This document shows, piece after piece, positions 29,040 to 29,040 of a DNA stretch of 29,040 bases. The notes beneath the pieces were generated by a model, which worked only from the letters and a program-made list of their open reading frames with translations, was not told the DNA's origin and made no database searches. How positions within the stretch are numbered: position 1 is the first letter of the stretch; each line of letters starts with the position of its first letter. The DNA is from Leptospirales bacterium (lineage in GTDB: Bacteria; Spirochaetota; Leptospiria; Turneriellales; JAOUFE01). The DNA lies in contig JBEQLE010000057.1 in assembly GCA_040326155.1 (NCBI GenBank), forward strand, positions 1-29,040, read 5' to 3'. The position numbers were made by a program, and so were the translations under genes.

Positions 29040-29040
29040 G
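28969..29040. repeat. 12-bp coding tandem repeat, at least 6 copies
   Basis: GTGACT(C/T)CGGGG units run to the end of the window and encode VTPG/VTPE on the minus strand. Confidence 0.97.

Noticed and set aside
28969..29040. Terminal repeat as a CRISPR array or iteron set
   Set aside because: Contiguous 12-mers with no spacers, in frame within a coding sequence.

Overview
Bacterial chromosomal window, probably from a Leptospirales-like spirochaete. This is an inference from spirochaete-type lipoboxes, the fabG-acpP-rnc order and the protein styles. The left ~7.9 kb is an accessory polymorphic-toxin locus. It starts with the 3' part of an Rhs/YD-repeat protein whose core carries a two-transmembrane insertion and whose tip looks like a circularly permuted papain/NlpC-P60 domain (H...NC). 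Two paralogous 175-aa lipoproteins follow as candidate immunity proteins; the second is preceded by a recoded copy of the last 23 Rhs codons. After these come orphan fragments, a promoter/short transcript/terminator unit, a DDE (rve) transposase-like gene, a secreted ankyrin protein and a pair of tandem hairpins. The rest is mostly housekeeping: amidase, rnc, acpP, fabG, fabZ, lysA, a TPR/beta-propeller protein, an ftsB-like gene, eno and a GT2. It also holds a tightly coupled 7TM-HD / site-2 protease / metallophosphoesterase / nucleotidyltransferase operon, a zinc-ribbon/beta-helix/ankyrin protein, a soluble-adenylyl-cyclase-like STAND protein, and the 3' end of a Fic-type wHTH gene with a 12-bp VNTR. 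No tRNA, rRNA or CRISPR array was recognised. All family calls are by-eye motif recognition, not database searches.
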